Made by a program: the position numbers and the translations under genes. Shown here piece by piece: positions 28,714 to 32,000 of a stretch of 32,000 bases of DNA. This DNA comes from Trichodesmium erythraeum IMS101. Its GTDB lineage: Bacteria; Cyanobacteriota; Cyanobacteriia; Cyanobacteriales; Microcoleaceae. The notes beneath the pieces were generated by a model that saw nothing but the letters and a program-made list of their open reading frames with translations, did no database searches and was not told the DNA's origin. Numbering within the stretch: the first letter of the stretch is position 1; each line of letters opens with the position of its first letter. The stretch is from the NCBI RefSeq assembly GCF_000014265.1, contig NC_008312.1, positions 7,470,001-7,502,000 on the forward strand. Direction: 5' to 3'.

Positions 28714-31114
28714 AGAGTTGTTGGGAAATAACTTAGGAGAGAAAGAACTCAAACGAAAACTTGACATATTTCCCTAGTAATTTGACTACTTATGCTGTCA
28801 TCAGATATAAGTTCCACTCACCAGTTGCTGTTAGCATTAATTTGTCATCAAAATCATACTTGTGATTACGAGAAATCTGACTGACAGCTCCATAACGCTT
28901 GACGCCCGCCAAGGCGTTTTCACAGACTACCCTTGATTGACTCAATTTCCGAAAATCTGGTTTTTGTTGCTCACTTAACTCTCCCCCTTTTGGTTTTTTA
29001 TGGGGGATTCGGATATTTTCATACTGATGCGTGGAGACCTTGGAAACCACTGTCTACTTCTATCGGAATCTCTAGAGGTATATTTCCTATCAATTTTTCC
29101 TGGTCATGGAACTTCGACTTCATGCAGCTTTCCTTCTCGTGCCTGACTCAATACCAGCACTTTCTTGTTTTGATTAACTGCTACTAGATGTTTGCGAGTG
29201 TGACGCTTTTTTTTTCCTGAATAATTCAGTTTTGGTTTTTCAGAGTGAGTTGGTCTTTGTACTGGCCGTTCTGTGCCATCCATTATCACTCGTTCTACTC
29301 GAGGGAAACGCTCTATGAATCCTTGGACACTGTTAATTTGACGCAATGCATCGCCCCTTTTTTTCTCCCAAGGCTGCTTCTAACATAGTCAGGACTTACG
29401 CAAGTACGCTATATATAGCGTACTGTCGATATGAAATTCTCCATACTATAATTAGTTTTTTTTCAGATAGATATTACTTTTAATGTATCTTTAAACAAAG
29501 TTACAATTAGGTTAAATTAACTTGCTAAAAAGCTTTAATTATTAGATGATAATGACAGGATTATATTAGTTCAAAAATATGAATTTTAATTTTGTTGACT
29601 ACTGTCAATATTTACTTAAATCTCACACAAATTTTACTATAACGCTACGCCGCAAATCCAGAGTGAAAATATTAGCCATAATACAATAAATCGCTATTTA
29701 AGAGCAGAGTCTTTAAATTCAGAAGATTTATGGCGAAATGTTCAAGAAGAATTTGTTTGGTGATACCGAAGCTTATTTAATTTTTGATGACACAGTAATT
29801 AATAAAAAGTATGGATATAATATTGAACTTACACGAGGACAGTATAGTGGTATAGGTTCATCAAGTTGTTTGCGTTCTATCAGCTGCGAAGTTCGTGGGT
29901 CTTGGAATAGTTAATTGTGTATATTTTAATCCCCAAAATGAACAATTATGGATTATATATTATAGAATTTATGACCCAGATACTGACAAGAAAACAAAAA
30001 TAGAAGAGTGTTGAAGAAATGATACTTAATGCCATAAATAATAAGAAAATACCATTTAAAACATTATTAATGGATTTGGGTATGCAACACAAAGATTAAT
30101 GGGATTAATAGATAATGATAGAAAAATTTACTACTGTCCTTTAAAAAGTAATCGCGTGCGTTGATGATACACGAGGTGCAGAAAAATACAAAAAAGTTCA
30201 AGATTTAAATTGGAATGAAGCTGAAAAAAAGTCAGGAAAAATAATTCAAATTAAAGGGTTTCCACTCTGCCAAAAGGTGAAAATATTTTGGATTAGGTGT
30301 ATCTGCCAACTTCAGCAGAATATATTGTCACTAATGACTTGACTCAATCATCACTCTTATGATGTAGAGTTTGAATCTCAAACTAGATGGAAAATCGAAG
30401 AATTTAATAGAGAAATTAAGCAATTAACAGGTTGAGGATTTTGTCAGTGTCGTCTGCGAATAATTCAGAAAAATCATATTGTTTGTGCAATGTTAGTGTG
30501 GAACTTCTTCAAAAGATTTGCTACTAAAATAGGCAAAAGTATTTATCAAGTTAAGCATAAATTATTATCAAAATATCTAAGGGATCAATTGAAAAATTCT
30601 TCAATTAAAATGAAAGTTATTTGACTTGAAAAACTCAAGGTTTTTTGAGTCAAAATAGTTAGGCGATTGCTAACGCAAAGCTCCGCTAACGCACATGACT
30701 ATAGTGAAGTTCGTCGAAGTTGTCATGCGCTATATATAGTGTCTTTGCGTAAGTCCTGATAGTTTGTAAGCGATGAACCCAATAATGTGCTTGACTACGG
30801 TCGATATCAAACAAGATACCAGCTAAGTCAAAAGTCGGGTAACATTTAAAGTAGAAGAGAATGTCAAACAATTTGTCTTGTAGAGTGCGTAAACGAGCCA
30901 AAAGACCTCCTCCAACAGAGCGTTGACGAGGTGAGCGAGTGCAATGTTTGCTCATACATTTGCCCAAAGGACTCCAACAAAGATTCAAATGCTTTACGGT
31001 TTAATGGGTGTTAATGCTCTGAGTAATCTGTCTTGTTTTAAGGCTCGTTCAATATTTAGCATTTTTATGGCAAATTTTTTCTGAAATTATTTTACCTTAT
31101 TTCCCAACAACTCT
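28714..31114 (-). mobile_element. DDE_Tnp_4 (Harbinger-like) insertion sequence, copy B, itself interrupted by the 1,369-bp IS
   Basis: Termini are AGAGTTGTTGGGAAATAA (28714) and TTATTTCCCAACAACTCT (ends 31114), with a 3-bp direct repeat AAT (28711-28713 and 31115-31117). Transposase pieces lie on the - strand. ORF 30686-30988 gives the HTH part. ORF 29104-29346 reads ...VIMDGTERPVQRPTHSEKPKLNYSGKKKRHTRKHLV.... ORF 28790-29050 reads ...IPHKKPKGGELSEQQK...RVVCENALAGVKRYGAV.... Confidence 0.85.
29390..30758 (+). mobile_element. 1,369-bp IS4/IS701-like insertion sequence, copy 3 (inverted relative to copies 1 and 2)
   Basis: A 5-bp direct repeat ATAGT flanks it (29385-29389 and 30759-30763). 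The empty homologous site ATAGG is at 8104-8108 in IS copy A. Conceptual translation from 29579 gives MNFNFVDYCQYLLKSHTNFTIT..., then AYLIFDDTVINKKYGYNIELTRGQYSG, YYCPLKSNR and RWKIEEFNREIKQLTG..QCRLRIIQKNHIVCAMLVWNFF, in different frames separated by stops. Confidence 0.85.
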
Positions 31115-31784
31115 AATGATTTTGGAAACGTATTGGATCGGATGGTACATGAATATTTTCCATCTCGTTATGAAAATGCTATGACGGCATTAAATGCTTT
31201 AAAAGCAAGTGCTCAATAAAATGAAGAATAACAGACAAAAAAAGTTAAACTACTATCATCTACACTCAACAAATTTATAGCAAGTATAGTCGGGATTATT
31301 TTTGTAGCTACAGTTTTTTTTATTACAAGTTCTATAAACACGAAATATAAAAAAACTAATGATTATTACAATAGAGGTATTGATTATTATAGTCAGAGAG
31401 AACATGAAAAGGCGCTCACTCTGTTTAATGAAGCTATTCAACTCAATCCCAAATTTGTTTATGCTTATTACGGCAGAGGTGATGTTTATCGTGAACAAAG
31501 AAAATATGAGAAGGCAATCACTGAGTACAATAAAGTTATTGAAATCAATTCCGAATTTGCTGATGCTTACAATAAAAGGGGTTTGGTTTACTATAATCAG
31601 GGAGAAGATGAAAAGGCTATTGATGACTATAACCAAGCTATTAAAATCAATTCCGAATATCCTACTACTTACTACGACAGAGGCTTAGTTTACAAAGTTA
31701 GAGGAAATATTGAAAAAACGGTAGTGCTAAAAAGGAAAGGATAGAGGAAAATATAGGGTAACAGTAGTAGAGAGATGCATTTTA

Positions 31785-32000
31785 ATGTCAGACCCCAAGC
31801 CACCCTGTCCATCATGCAATTCTGTCTTCAGTAGTCAAGAATGGTAAAACCCGTCATGGTAGACAGAATCACAAATGCCTAGACTGTGGTCGTCAATTTG
31901 TGGAAAATCCCAAGTGGACAAGAGTCTCAGAGCGTACCCAATCAACCCAAGAGGTGATAGACCAAATGCTACTTGAGAAGATACCCCTGGCTGGAATTGC
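31785..32000 (+). pseudogene. IS1-family transposase N-terminus (zinc-finger/HTH part), frameshifted; continues beyond the window
   Basis: MSDPKPPCPSCNSVFSSQEW-stop, then in another frame VVKNGKTRHGRQNHKCLDCGRQFVENPKWTRVSERTQSTQEVIDQMLLEKIPLAGI. Confidence 0.6.

Larger units (their letters stand above)
27986..31744 (+). pseudogene. Ser/Thr protein kinase - TM - TPR-repeat gene, inactivated by a frameshift, three in-frame stops and a nested IS insertion
   Basis: NRYQIIKSLGSRSFGNTYLAQD (shifted relative to the ATG at 27986), VVKHLKP, an in-frame TAA at 28207, HRDIKPQNLM, LIDFGAVK, GTPGYMPSEQ. An IS occupies 28714-31114. The same frame resumes at 31118 (DFGNVLDRMVHEYFPSRYENAMTALNALK), has TAA at 31217 and 31229, and then reads a TM helix (IASIVGIIFVATVFFI) and TPR repeats to TAG at 31742-31744. 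Confidence 0.85.

Noticed and set aside
28933-29187. 84-aa + strand ORF
   Set aside because: It is antisense to recognisable DDE_Tnp_4 transposase fragments of IS copy B. It is spurious.
31256-31688. Two overlapping ORFs (126 aa on the - strand, 109 aa on the + strand) with I/L/F-rich repetitive sequence
   Set aside because: Both are off-frame readings of the TPR-repeat region. The third + frame gives canonical TPR units contiguous with the kinase frame.

Overview
AT-rich cyanobacterial chromosome segment. Supporting signs are repeated HIP1 octamers (GCGATCGC, e.g. 5897, 17160, 23007) and Nostocales-like gene products. The dominant theme is heavy insertion-sequence (IS) erosion. By my coordinates about half of the 32 kb is IS DNA or IS debris from at least nine element types, several nested inside one another. 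Ten apparently intact host genes survive as islands: a CAAD/CurT-like protein, aroA, a CHAD protein, an SDR/epimerase, ecfT/cbiQ, pipX, pipY (yggS family), sepF, proC and cmoB. Two host genes are clearly dead. One is a DUF4347 giant-exoprotein gene truncated by an IS. The other is a Ser/Thr-kinase-TM-TPR gene with a frameshift, three in-frame stops and an IS-within-IS insertion. This pattern fits a genome under relaxed selection, such as an obligate symbiont like the Azolla cyanobiont, but that is inference only. I found no rRNA, tRNA or CRISPR array, and no convincing novel multi-gene defence or metabolic system. The most unusual signals concern mobile elements. (1) A 1,369-bp IS is present three times at about 99-100% identity, yet every copy has a shattered transposase frame. 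(2) A 142-bp MITE derived from a resident IS sits just upstream of proC. (3) The conserved pipX-pipY-sepF-proC neighbourhood has been stretched by a dead TnpB element and unexplained spacers. (4) An intact cmoB is bracketed by two IS4-type elements. (5) A 14-bp tandem array abuts the dead kinase gene. All alignments were done by eye from the sequence, and family names come from motif recognition, not from searches.
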